From positions 11,417 through 75,416 of the forward strand of contig CAZKWX010000001.1 of assembly GCA_964556685.1 (NCBI GenBank): a stretch of 64,000 nt of DNA. Direction: 5' to 3'. The DNA comes from an uncultured Bdellovibrionales bacterium (GTDB lineage Bacteria; Patescibacteriota; Minisyncoccia; Moranbacterales; DUUL01). The translations under genes and the position numbers were made by a program. Below the pieces are notes generated by a model that ran no database searches, was not told the origin of the DNA, and worked only from the letters and a program-made list of their open reading frames with translations. Shown here piece by piece: positions 11,966 to 21,104 of this stretch (its first letter is position 1; the number at the start of each line of letters is the position of its first letter).

Positions 11966-12963
11966 AGATGTCTAACAAAAGAAAGGTCACTCTGATTTTG
12001 ATGGCGATTCTACTGATAGCTGTCGGAGTCAACCTATATTTATGGAAAAGTGGCGGTGGGGGAGAGAATAATCCTGGAATTCTTAAAATCGGTTTCATCA
12101 CGGATGTTCACTGCTATTCAAAACTTAACAAAGAGACCAACGAGTGGGAGATCAACTGGAGATGCAAACAGCCATTCGATGCCTTCATCAAACAAATGAA
12201 TGAAGAGTTTGGGCCTGATTTCGTAGTTGAAGGTGGAGATTTCGTTGACGGAAGAGATCGTCTAGAGGATGATGGATTTTTAAAGGCCAAAGATTTTTAT
12301 GATCAAATTCGTGCTCCGAAATATCATGTGCTAGGAAATCATGAAACCGACAACATGACCAAAGATTGCTGGAAGGAGATCGTAGGTTACGACAGCACCT
12401 ATTATTATTTTGACATCAAAGATTATCGAATGATTGTTCTGGATGCCAACAATGTTCAAACCGAAGAAGGCATTGTTGACATGAGTCCTAAAACGCCTCA
12501 TTCCTATCGGGGCTTGATGACTGATGAGCAAATGAATTGGTTGAAGAGCTTGTTTGAAGAGTCAAGCGATAAAAAAGTAATTGTGTTTATTCATGAGCCG
12601 CCATTTGATGAAACACCGGGAAGATTGAAAGAGGATCATTTTATTAACCCAAAACCATTGAGAGATTTATTTTCGCAGCATAGAGTCCTGGCAGTGTTCA
12701 GTGGGCACACAGAGGAAATGTGTGACGTGACAATAGACGGAGTGCGATATTTTTCACTCCAAGGATTCCATAAGGGAAATTCACTTTTACCCAAAGAGCA
12801 AAGGTTTAAAGATCAAGGAGCTTTTTATCAAGTGATATTAGATGAAAAAGAGGCAGACGTTGAAATGTTTTATAGTGATGGAAGAGACACGGAATATAAG
12901 TCGATGGAGATAAATCAAGATACAGCGTATTGCAATAACGACGCATTGCCAGAACAGGAATGA
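11962..12963 (+). CDS. Membrane-anchored calcineurin-like metallophosphoesterase
   Basis: N-terminal TM; TDVH, GDFVDG, GNHE, HEP and SGHTE. Confidence 0.88.
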   Translation: MKMSNKRKVTLILMAILLIAVGVNLYLWKSGGGGENNPGILKIGFITDVHCYSKLNKETNEWEINWRCKQPFDAFIKQMNEEFGPDFVVEGGDFVDGRDRLEDDGFLKAKDFYDQIRAPKYHVLGNHETDNMTKDCWKEIVGYDSTYYYFDIKDYRMIVLDANNVQTEEGIVDMSPKTPHSYRGLMTDEQMNWLKSLFEESSDKKVIVFIHEPPFDETPGRLKEDHFINPKPLRDLFSQHRVLAVFSGHTEEMCDVTIDGVRYFSLQGFHKGNSLLPKEQRFKDQGAFYQVILDEKEADVEMFYSDGRDTEYKSMEINQDTAYCNNDALPEQE

Positions 12964-12977
12964 TATTATAAAGAATA

Positions 12978-15116
12978 ATGAAAGAGGTTGATTCAACTAA
13001 AGGGAGAAATAAAAAACCGATTATTTTATTTATCGGTATCGTGATTGCAATAGTGGCTGGAATATTCATATTTAGATCTGACAGAGAATCTTTGAGGATC
13101 GTTTTTGTCACGGATTGGGAATATGGAGAGATGAAAAGAATTGGCAGCAAAGCAAGTGGCTCGGCTGATGAAGAGCTGAAGAAGGTTGTCAAAAGCGCTC
13201 ATCGAGGCATCAACCCAGACCTGGCAATTGGAGGAGGAGACTATATCAACGGCGCAAAAATTGACGAAAAAAAGGCCACAGAGCAACTAAAGCTAGAGAG
13301 AGATATTTTCGAAAAGATAAAGTCCGAAAAAGTATATTTGTTGGGAGATCATGATTTAAAGAAAATTCCACTGCAGCAAGCAGAAGAAATTTTGGGAGTA
13401 AAATATCAAAACAATAGGATCGACAAGAAAGGATATAGGGTGGTATTTCTTAATAGTCAAGAGATTTTTAGAGGCGAGGGTGAGAGGCTAGAAAAAGAGC
13501 TAGCTTGGCTCAAGGCTCAATTGAAAGATGGATTGCCTGTAATAATTTTTTCTCATTTCAACATAATCGCAACGCCCCAAAAGGACAAATGGAAACGAGC
13601 AGCTGGAAATTCTGACAAGATCAGAGAGGTTTTACAAAACCATCCCAATGTAGTAGCAGTTATTATGGGCGAAGGACTGAGAGATTATGCGGTTAGAGAA
13701 AAGGGTATTGTATATGTCTCAATTCCTGGATTGGTTGAGCAAGATTATGTAGGGAGCTATGCTGAAATTCAGGCGACAAAGAAAGATAATTTGGCAGAAA
13801 TTAAAGTTATCCGTCGAGGAATTGACCCGATCGAATACATTATATTCAAAGACTTAACAGATATATACTCAGCTAAGATTGAAGCAAAGGGAGAAGAGAA
13901 AATTGCAGAAATTTTGTGGAACGAATTGGGCGTCCAAAAAGAGGGAAATGTGATGGCCAGCGAAAGCCAGGGGACCGAAAGCAGCCTGAGTGTTTCAGAA
14001 AACGGAAAAGTGTTTGTTGCATATGAAGATGGCGAGGATAAGAATAAGGCGAGAATAAGATCAGTTGGGGCAAAAGAAGCTCAGAATCTTGAAGGCCAAA
14101 ATAGTCAACAAGGAAAAATTAGTCAGCAAAAAGGAGGTGATCCTTTTGTTGAAGCAAGCTCGGAAAAAACATACGTTGGATTTATGGATTATCAAAATGG
14201 AGCTCGAGCTAGGATCAGGGAATGGGACGGTGTGGAGTGGAGAGATCTTGCTGATGCGAATCACCCAGAAGGCCTAATTAGTATTTCCAAAGGACACGAG
14301 CCAGTTTTGGCGCTTGATCAATCAAAACAACTCTACGTAGCTTTTAATCAAGGAGCTAATTCAGAAGTTGAATGCGGTGATGAGTTATGTTGGGTTAAGG
14401 TGATGAAATGGAGTGGCGATGTTTGGGAAGATTTAGGAGACCAGAGTTTTGTTCAGCAATCAGTCAATAATCAACCGGGAACCGAAGTGGCCATTGCTGC
14501 ATCAAAAATAGACGAGTCTGTCTACATCGCATTTCAAAATCAATCTCAAAATAACAAAATTCAGGTAAAACAATACGATGGAGAAAGATGGAAGAATATA
14601 TCAAATTTAGATAATAATTTAGCTACGAATATCTCCGGCTTCAGTCCGTCAATTACTACTGGGAAAAATGGGGGATTATACTTAGCTTATGTTGGTGAGA
14701 ATTTTGAAAAGTTATATATTCAAGAATGGGATGGAAACGAATGGCATCCTGTTGGAGATGGAGCAATTTCTTCGGGAAAATGTTCGGAAGTTGATATCGC
14801 AGTGAGTGATTCTGGGATAATATATGCAGCTTATTCGCAGTATAAGAAGAACACAATTATTCCTAAAAAATCTAAGAAAAAAAATTCAGAGGAATATTTT
14901 CCCAGCAGAAGCAATGCCTGGAGGGTTCGAGTGAAAAGGCTAAACGGAGAAAAATGGGAGAGCATTTCTGATGACTTAAATCCAAGCGGATACATATCTC
15001 GGGGAAACGGAAAAGGAGATCCGTCGTTGGATGTGTGGAAGGAAAACATTTATGTTTCATTCACCGATAAAGCCAGTGATTATAAAGTAAAAGTAAAACA
15101 AACTCAAATTAAATAG
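12978..15116 (+). CDS. Degenerate metallophosphoesterase domain fused to a repeat (beta-propeller-like) domain
   Basis: TDWEY, GDYING, GDHD and MGEG (altered motifs), then about six repeats of YVAF...V(K/R)xW(D)GxxW. Confidence 0.7.
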   Translation: MKEVDSTKGRNKKPIILFIGIVIAIVAGIFIFRSDRESLRIVFVTDWEYGEMKRIGSKASGSADEELKKVVKSAHRGINPDLAIGGGDYINGAKIDEKKATEQLKLERDIFEKIKSEKVYLLGDHDLKKIPLQQAEEILGVKYQNNRIDKKGYRVVFLNSQEIFRGEGERLEKELAWLKAQLKDGLPVIIFSHFNIIATPQKDKWKRAAGNSDKIREVLQNHPNVVAVIMGEGLRDYAVREKGIVYVSIPGLVEQDYVGSYAEIQATKKDNLAEIKVIRRGIDPIEYIIFKDLTDIYSAKIEAKGEEKIAEILWNELGVQKEGNVMASESQGTESSLSVSENGKVFVAYEDGEDKNKARIRSVGAKEAQNLEGQNSQQGKISQQKGGDPFVEASSEKTYVGFMDYQNGARARIREWDGVEWRDLADANHPEGLISISKGHEPVLALDQSKQLYVAFNQGANSEVECGDELCWVKVMKWSGDVWEDLGDQSFVQQSVNNQPGTEVAIAASKIDESVYIAFQNQSQNNKIQVKQYDGERWKNISNLDNNLATNISGFSPSITTGKNGGLYLAYVGENFEKLYIQEWDGNEWHPVGDGAISSGKCSEVDIAVSDSGIIYAAYSQYKKNTIIPKKSKKKNSEEYFPSRSNAWRVRVKRLNGEKWESISDDLNPSGYISRGNGKGDPSLDVWKENIYVSFTDKASDYKVKVKQTQIK

Positions 15117-15280
15117 AGAAGTTACGCGATCTAGGTTTAATTTCTCACAAGTAAGGCATTTTTGCCAAACGTTCGCTCCGCTTCCTAAGGTGTCAAAAAT
15201 ACCTTACTTGCGGGAAATTTCCGTTAAGTAAAGCAGGAAAGTGCGCAACTTCTATTAAATAACAATATACACTAAAAAAT

Positions 15281-16300
15281 ATGCCTAAGAAAAATAAATA
15301 CATAATATTTACGCTTATCGCAGTGCTATTGTTAGTGGGAGTTTTTTTGTATCGAACAAAAAATAGTAAGCTGATCAATGAATGGAGTGAAAAAAAGGTA
15401 GAAAAAATAGCTACCGAGCCATTAAAAGTGGGTTTCATCACTGATGCTCATTGCTATTCCAAGCAGGACAAGGACACTGGAGAGTGGACGCTAAATTGGC
15501 GCTGTCAACAGCCACTAGAAATATTCGTGAAAAAAATGAACGAAGATTTTAGGCCAGATGCGGCAATCCAAAGCGGTGATTTTATTGACGGCAAAGATGA
15601 TCATGCCGAAGGGACATTTATTGAAGCTCAAAAAATATTCGATCAATTGACAATGTCAAAATTGAAAGTGGTTGGCAACCATGAAGTTCGAGATTTCACC
15701 AAGCAGAGATGGCTGGAGATGACGGGAAATGAAAAAACCTACTACCATCAGGACATCAAGGGCTATCGCTTGGTGGTTTTGGATGCAAACAACAAACCTG
15801 GTCAGGACGGGTCGTCAGTCGACACTAGCCCGGAACTTGAATATTACCCAGGTTTTATTGACAAGGATCAAATGAAATGGCTCGAAAAACTACTGAAGAA
15901 CTCAAGAGAATACGAAGTGGTAGTTTTTGTCCACCAGCCAACATTTGCCACAGATGCAAAAGAACAAAGAGAATTGTTTGTCGGGGGAGAAGAATTGAGG
16001 AAACTTTTTGCTGAACGAGGAGTGAGGGCAGTTTTTTCTGGCCACATTGAAAGAGTTTGCAATTTTGAAGAAAATGGAGTGGAATATTTTGTGCTCAAAG
16101 GTTTCTGGAAAGAGAATGGGGGACTCAAAGAAGAATTCCAATATAAAAAAGGCGGAAACTTCAGCGAAGTTACAGTTTTGCCAGATGATGTCAAGGTCGA
16201 AATGTATCATCGGGTAGGGAGAGACATGCCCTATGGGAGCAAGGAGATAACACCCGAGAATTATTCCTGTTTTGACGGGGCGACCCTTGCTGACGATTAG
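15281..16300 (+). CDS. Membrane-anchored metallophosphoesterase, paralog of 11962-12963
   Basis: GFITDAHCYSK..WRCQQP, GDFIDG, GNHE and SGHIE. Confidence 0.88.
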   Translation: MPKKNKYIIFTLIAVLLLVGVFLYRTKNSKLINEWSEKKVEKIATEPLKVGFITDAHCYSKQDKDTGEWTLNWRCQQPLEIFVKKMNEDFRPDAAIQSGDFIDGKDDHAEGTFIEAQKIFDQLTMSKLKVVGNHEVRDFTKQRWLEMTGNEKTYYHQDIKGYRLVVLDANNKPGQDGSSVDTSPELEYYPGFIDKDQMKWLEKLLKNSREYEVVVFVHQPTFATDAKEQRELFVGGEELRKLFAERGVRAVFSGHIERVCNFEENGVEYFVLKGFWKENGGLKEEFQYKKGGNFSEVTVLPDDVKVEMYHRVGRDMPYGSKEITPENYSCFDGATLADD

Positions 16301-16316
16301 ACCGTCCATACATATT

Positions 16317-18077
16317 ATGCAAAAAGTAAAAATCAAAGAGCACTTCAGAAAAAATTGGCACCGGTGGATGCTTTTGGTTATTATTCTGTTGGCTATTTGG
16401 GTGAGGGCTTACAATTATTCTGACTGGCTGCTCATGCGCGCTGATCAAGCCAGAGATGGCTATTATGCAAAAGAAGCATTTGATAACGGGCTAGATCATT
16501 TGCGGCTTTTAGGTCCTAAAGTTGATCTGGCTTATCTTGAAGGGGACAAACTTGAAAGAGGCAACACGCTCCATTTAGCTGGTCCCTTTTATTATTACAT
16601 TCAATATTTTTCCGTGTCTGTCTTTAACACTATGGAACCCTGGGTGGTGGCTTTACCGGATTTAGTGTTTTTTCTATTATCTATTCCTCTTTTCTTTCTT
16701 CTGGCTCGAACATTTTTTTCAAAAACTAACAGTCTTTTATTGACAACCCTATATGCTTTTTCATTTTTCAACATAATTTATTCAAGATTTGCCTGGAATC
16801 CCAACCATTTATATTTTTGGATAGTATTGTTTGTCTTAAGCATGGCCAGGGTGGCAACTGAAAAAGAAAACAAGAAAAAAGGCTGGTGGTTTCTGACAGC
16901 TGTTTTTGGTTTTTTAATTATTTCACAGCTTCATTTCTTGGCCTTGGCTGGTTTTTTTATCGTCGGCATAATTTTCTGGATTATTCTCAGAAAGAGAATA
17001 AAAATCAGCAAAAAATATTGGCTGGCAGCTTTGGCTATCGTGCTTATTTTAAATATTCCTTTGGCAGTTAGTGAATACAAAAACAGAGGTGACAATGTCA
17101 AGCGATATTTAGTGGCCATGACTCGAGAAAGAGAAACGGATGATACACTTTATAAAAAAATTAGCACTACCATGAAGAAGCAGGGAGAATTTTTCTCCAT
17201 CAGTTTGACATCATTTCACGAAGAGGAAATAGCTCCGATTGAAATGATGGGCCTAGTGCTATTTTTGATTTCAATCGGAGCTTTTATTTTCCATTTGGTG
17301 AAAAAGAAGGAAATAACTACTATAAAAAACCAAAAAGTTTTATTTGTGCTGCTGCTTCTTTGGTCAGGTGTTTTCCTTTTGTTGTTTTTTCGAATTTACT
17401 TTAAACTCAACAACGCACGCTATTACATCATGTTAGTCCCAATGAGTTTTCTATTTTTAGGTTTTTGGTTGGCTATGTTGGAAAAGATTAGAAAAAAAGG
17501 CTTAGGAATTTTGATGATGATTGCCGTTTCTCTGACCTTGTTGGCAGGAAACTTGAATGCCACTGCGTACTTTTATGAATCTTTACAAGCTGGCTATAAA
17601 GCAGAAAAGTATTCACGAGATCCAAAATTGGGACCATACAGAGAATTGATAACCTTGGGCGAAATGAGACAAGCTTATATTTTCATGACTGAAGAAGCCA
17701 AAAAAGAAAACAAGGAAGCCTGTTTTCGCAACTCAAACTACCAATACAATTTAGGATTTAAGTATATTGCTGATGTCTATCATTCAGTCGAAGACTTGCG
17801 AAGTTTTAATGTTGAAGACGAAGCGCTTGATTGTAAATATTTCTACACTACCAGGGCGAAGAGAGGAGCAGGAGGCATTGATGAAGAATTTCTCGGAAGA
17901 TTTGAAAGAGGAAAACCCAAGCAATTTGGTGCGATGATTGTTTGGGAAATGAATCTTAAGGAAGGAGAAATAAAGAAAATTCTTGCAAAGAATGTTGAGG
18001 AAGTTGAAAAACCAAAGAAGAAAGATGATGAAAAAAGAATTATAATTTGGAAAGAAGTCTTCAATGGAAAAGAATAA
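16317..18077 (+). CDS. ArnT/PMT-like GT-C glycosyltransferase
   Basis: DQARD, LLGP, GPFYYY, SRFAWNPN and SQLH motifs. ATG at 16317. Confidence 0.8.
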   Translation: MQKVKIKEHFRKNWHRWMLLVIILLAIWVRAYNYSDWLLMRADQARDGYYAKEAFDNGLDHLRLLGPKVDLAYLEGDKLERGNTLHLAGPFYYYIQYFSVSVFNTMEPWVVALPDLVFFLLSIPLFFLLARTFFSKTNSLLLTTLYAFSFFNIIYSRFAWNPNHLYFWIVLFVLSMARVATEKENKKKGWWFLTAVFGFLIISQLHFLALAGFFIVGIIFWIILRKRIKISKKYWLAALAIVLILNIPLAVSEYKNRGDNVKRYLVAMTRERETDDTLYKKISTTMKKQGEFFSISLTSFHEEEIAPIEMMGLVLFLISIGAFIFHLVKKKEITTIKNQKVLFVLLLLWSGVFLLLFFRIYFKLNNARYYIMLVPMSFLFLGFWLAMLEKIRKKGLGILMMIAVSLTLLAGNLNATAYFYESLQAGYKAEKYSRDPKLGPYRELITLGEMRQAYIFMTEEAKKENKEACFRNSNYQYNLGFKYIADVYHSVEDLRSFNVEDEALDCKYFYTTRAKRGAGGIDEEFLGRFERGKPKQFGAMIVWEMNLKEGEIKKILAKNVEEVEKPKKKDDEKRIIIWKEVFNGKE

Positions 18078-19788
18078 TTTTCAAAAAAATTGGCACTGGT
18101 GGGTTTTGGGATCGATTATCGTTCTGGCTTTTTTCGTTCGTGTTTATAATTTTCACGACTGGCTCTATTTTGAGGCTGATCAAGTGCGTAATGCTAACAA
18201 TGCCATCGCCGCTTTTGAAAATGGACCAGGAGAACTTCCTCTGCTGGGGCCCAAAGCAGGGGGAACTGACCTCCATCTAGGACCAATTTCCTATTATTTT
18301 GAATATCTGAGCGCAATCATCACTCAGAGCACCAGACCAGAAGTTTTTGCTTTTCCCAATCTGCTATTTCTCTTGCTGCTTGTGCCTTTGACCTATTATT
18401 TTCTTTCTCACTTTTTTCCAAAAAAAATCAGCCTTTTGGTGGTTCTCGTTTTCTCACTATCATATATGGTCACTCAATATTCTCGTTTTTCTTGGAATCC
18501 AAATGCGATTTTGTTTTGGAGTCTGCTTTTTATGCTTGGGTTATATAAAACATATTCAGAAAAAGAGACTGGAAAGTCAGGCTGGTGGCTTCTTGTTATG
18601 GCTCTGAGCTACGCTGTTGCCAGCCAACTGCACATGGTGGCGTTGCTCGGGTTTCCCTTGATAGCAATTATTTTTTGGATTTTCTATCGACCATTTCACA
18701 TCAAATGGGCTTTTTGGCTAGCTAGTATTGCTCTCTTGTTTTTCTTTTATACTCCGGTGATTGTCAATGATCTGAATACCAGCGGATCCAATACGAAAAA
18801 TTTCTTGCATTCACTCGGAAGCAGGAGTGAAAAGAGAGGATTAATTGAAAGCGGAATTAAAACGGTTGATCTGCACGGAAAATATTACACTTTTGCTACG
18901 CTTTCTTTAAATGAAAAAGAATTTAAATTTTCTCATTGGTTAGGAATCTTATTTGTCATTTTTGGTTTTACACTTATTGTTCTTCATTGGAGAGGGAAGA
19001 TTAAATTGTCTAAAAAATTGCCGCGATCGTTCTTGATTCTTCTTTCTGTTTGGTTTGGTGTTTATCTGCTGATTTATTTTAGGTTAGTCTTCGACTTGGA
19101 TGAACCACGCTTTTGGTTTCCAACTATATTTTTGGCTTTTATTTTACTAGCAATTATTTTTTCCTATTTGTGGAAATATCGATGGGGAAAGCCAGCGGTT
19201 TACGTTATTACAATACTGTTAGTTTTATTGAATCTAACCGCAATCGCTAATTGGTATGGAGGTTTGAAAAACCAGGATGAAAAAAACCGCTTTGGCAGAA
19301 AACCGACAAGCACGACTTTAATTCAAAACGACTTTATTGCTTTGGGCGATATAGAAAAAGCAGCCAGCTTAATTACAGAAAGCTTAAGCGTTGGAAAAGC
19401 GTGCTTTAATACTCCCTCGACATATTTAGCATCTTATAAATTTATATTTAACAGAAACCATTCAGAATTTGAAACAAGAAGAATAGACAAGAGCATTGAA
19501 ATTGGCAATGTCGAAGGTTGTGACGTATTCATTCTGGATCATAGTGGGAACAAGAAAGAAGAGATAGAAGAAAAATTCCTGAAAAAAGGAGCCGAAATTG
19601 AGATTAAAAAAATAGGAACGCAGGGATTAATAACGATTTGGGGAGTCAATGTCATTAGGAATGTGAATGCAGAGAATCTTGAATTAACTCAATCAGACGA
19701 AGATCCTGATGGTATTAAAAAAGAAAAAAAGCCCACAAAAAGGCCTCGGTTGAAGTGGAAAGATATCTTTTCGAAAACCGGAAAGTAG
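18064..19788 (+). CDS. ArnT/PMT-like GT-C glycosyltransferase (paralog)
   Basis: DQVRN, LPLLGP, SRFSWNPN and SQLH. Confidence 0.8.
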   Translation: MEKNNFQKNWHWWVLGSIIVLAFFVRVYNFHDWLYFEADQVRNANNAIAAFENGPGELPLLGPKAGGTDLHLGPISYYFEYLSAIITQSTRPEVFAFPNLLFLLLLVPLTYYFLSHFFPKKISLLVVLVFSLSYMVTQYSRFSWNPNAILFWSLLFMLGLYKTYSEKETGKSGWWLLVMALSYAVASQLHMVALLGFPLIAIIFWIFYRPFHIKWAFWLASIALLFFFYTPVIVNDLNTSGSNTKNFLHSLGSRSEKRGLIESGIKTVDLHGKYYTFATLSLNEKEFKFSHWLGILFVIFGFTLIVLHWRGKIKLSKKLPRSFLILLSVWFGVYLLIYFRLVFDLDEPRFWFPTIFLAFILLAIIFSYLWKYRWGKPAVYVITILLVLLNLTAIANWYGGLKNQDEKNRFGRKPTSTTLIQNDFIALGDIEKAASLITESLSVGKACFNTPSTYLASYKFIFNRNHSEFETRRIDKSIEIGNVEGCDVFILDHSGNKKEEIEEKFLKKGAEIEIKKIGTQGLITIWGVNVIRNVNAENLELTQSDEDPDGIKKEKKPTKRPRLKWKDIFSKTGK

Positions 19789-19914
19789 TTGTTCAGAAAG
19801 CGGAAATTGGTAATGGAAATTTGAAAATAGAAGATAGATAAATTCAAAAATAAATATGCCAATTTCAAATATCCATTTTCAATTACTGATTTCCAGTTTC
19901 CAAACAGCCAGTTT

Positions 19915-21036
19915 CTATATTTTCACTGGCAATCTCCAGATAACTTTGGTAGCCAAGAAGAAGTTTAACAGGGTAGCGGCAATGACGCCGATGATGGCAG
20001 CGAGAATATAGTGCAGTCCGATTGAAAGCCCGAAAGAAAAAATTGCAAAGTTGAAGAACATTGTGACAACAGAAAAAACATAATAATAGATCACTCGACG
20101 CATGCTCTCTTTTCGATCGGGTGATTTTTTGTCGCTATAAGTGAATAGGGAATTGAAAGCATAGTTCGTCAGGATTGAAACTGCTACTGCGATGATATAA
20201 GCTGGTCTTTCGACTATATTAAAAATTTCTACTAAAATTGCCAAGAGGCCAAGGTTCACAATCACGCCACTAGCTCCGACAATGCAGAATTTAATGAAAC
20301 GTCCGGCCTCAGGAACGGTGCGGAAAAGATGCCAAAGGTGACTAAAAAATTCCAGGCCTTGCTTGAGGGTAGCTTTACTTTGGTCATTTTCTCGAGGAAG
20401 AAATTTCTGTGGAACCAAAGAAACCTTTTTTGGATTTGTGCGCACAAGCAATTCAACTTGGATTTTGAAGCCTCTTGGTTCAAGTTTAACCCTTTCAAGT
20501 AGTTCTCTTTTAAAAAGAAAAAGTCCGGCCAAAGGATCAGAAGTCTTGCGAGTAGGAATGAAAATAATTTGAGTGAACCATTTCATTCCCAAGGAAACAG
20601 CTCGCCGATAGATTCCATAAGGAGTTTTGAGACTGCCTAGTCCTGTAGCGCTTCCTCCTTTCATATAACGAGAAGCGGAAACGAAGTCAGCATCATCACT
20701 GATGGCTTTTCCCAACATTGTTAGCATTACTTCTGGTGGATGTTGCAAGTCTGTGTCCATAGAACCAATATATTTGCCTTGAGATTTTTCAAAGCCAACA
20801 ATGACGGCTGAAGCCAAACCTTCTTTATTACCATAAATAAGCCTTATTTGAGGGTCTTTTTGAACCTCCCGTTCAATGATTTTTGGCGTTTCATCGTCGC
20901 TATCATCAACAAAAATCATTTCATAGTCATATTTGGTATTTGCAAAAACAGCCGTCAGCTTCTCGATTAGCGGTAATACGTTATCCTTTTCATTGAACGT
21001 GGGCAGCACAATGCTGAGCAGTTTTTGATTCTCCAT
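19915..21036 (-). CDS. Polyprenol-phosphate glycosyltransferase (GT2, DPM1-like) fused to a GtrA domain
   Basis: PTFNE, VDD, MDTDLQHPP and ASRY; C-terminal RFIKFCIVGASG GtrA domain. ATG at 21036. Confidence 0.9.
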   Translation of the reverse strand: MENQKLLSIVLPTFNEKDNVLPLIEKLTAVFANTKYDYEMIFVDDSDDETPKIIEREVQKDPQIRLIYGNKEGLASAVIVGFEKSQGKYIGSMDTDLQHPPEVMLTMLGKAISDDADFVSASRYMKGGSATGLGSLKTPYGIYRRAVSLGMKWFTQIIFIPTRKTSDPLAGLFLFKRELLERVKLEPRGFKIQVELLVRTNPKKVSLVPQKFLPRENDQSKATLKQGLEFFSHLWHLFRTVPEAGRFIKFCIVGASGVIVNLGLLAILVEIFNIVERPAYIIAVAVSILTNYAFNSLFTYSDKKSPDRKESMRRVIYYYVFSVVTMFFNFAIFSFGLSIGLHYILAAIIGVIAATLLNFFLATKVIWRLPVKI

Positions 21037-21047
21037 GTTTATTTTTT

Positions 21048-21075
21048 GTAGTTGACGCATATATGCGTCAACTAC
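21048..21075. repeat. REP-like GTAG...CTAC perfect palindrome
   Basis: gtagttgacgcatatatgcgtcaactac; nearly identical to the intragenic copy at 22363-22392. Confidence 0.9.
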
Positions 21076-21104
21076 GCTATTATAATTTTCGGTTCAATGA
21101 AGTA

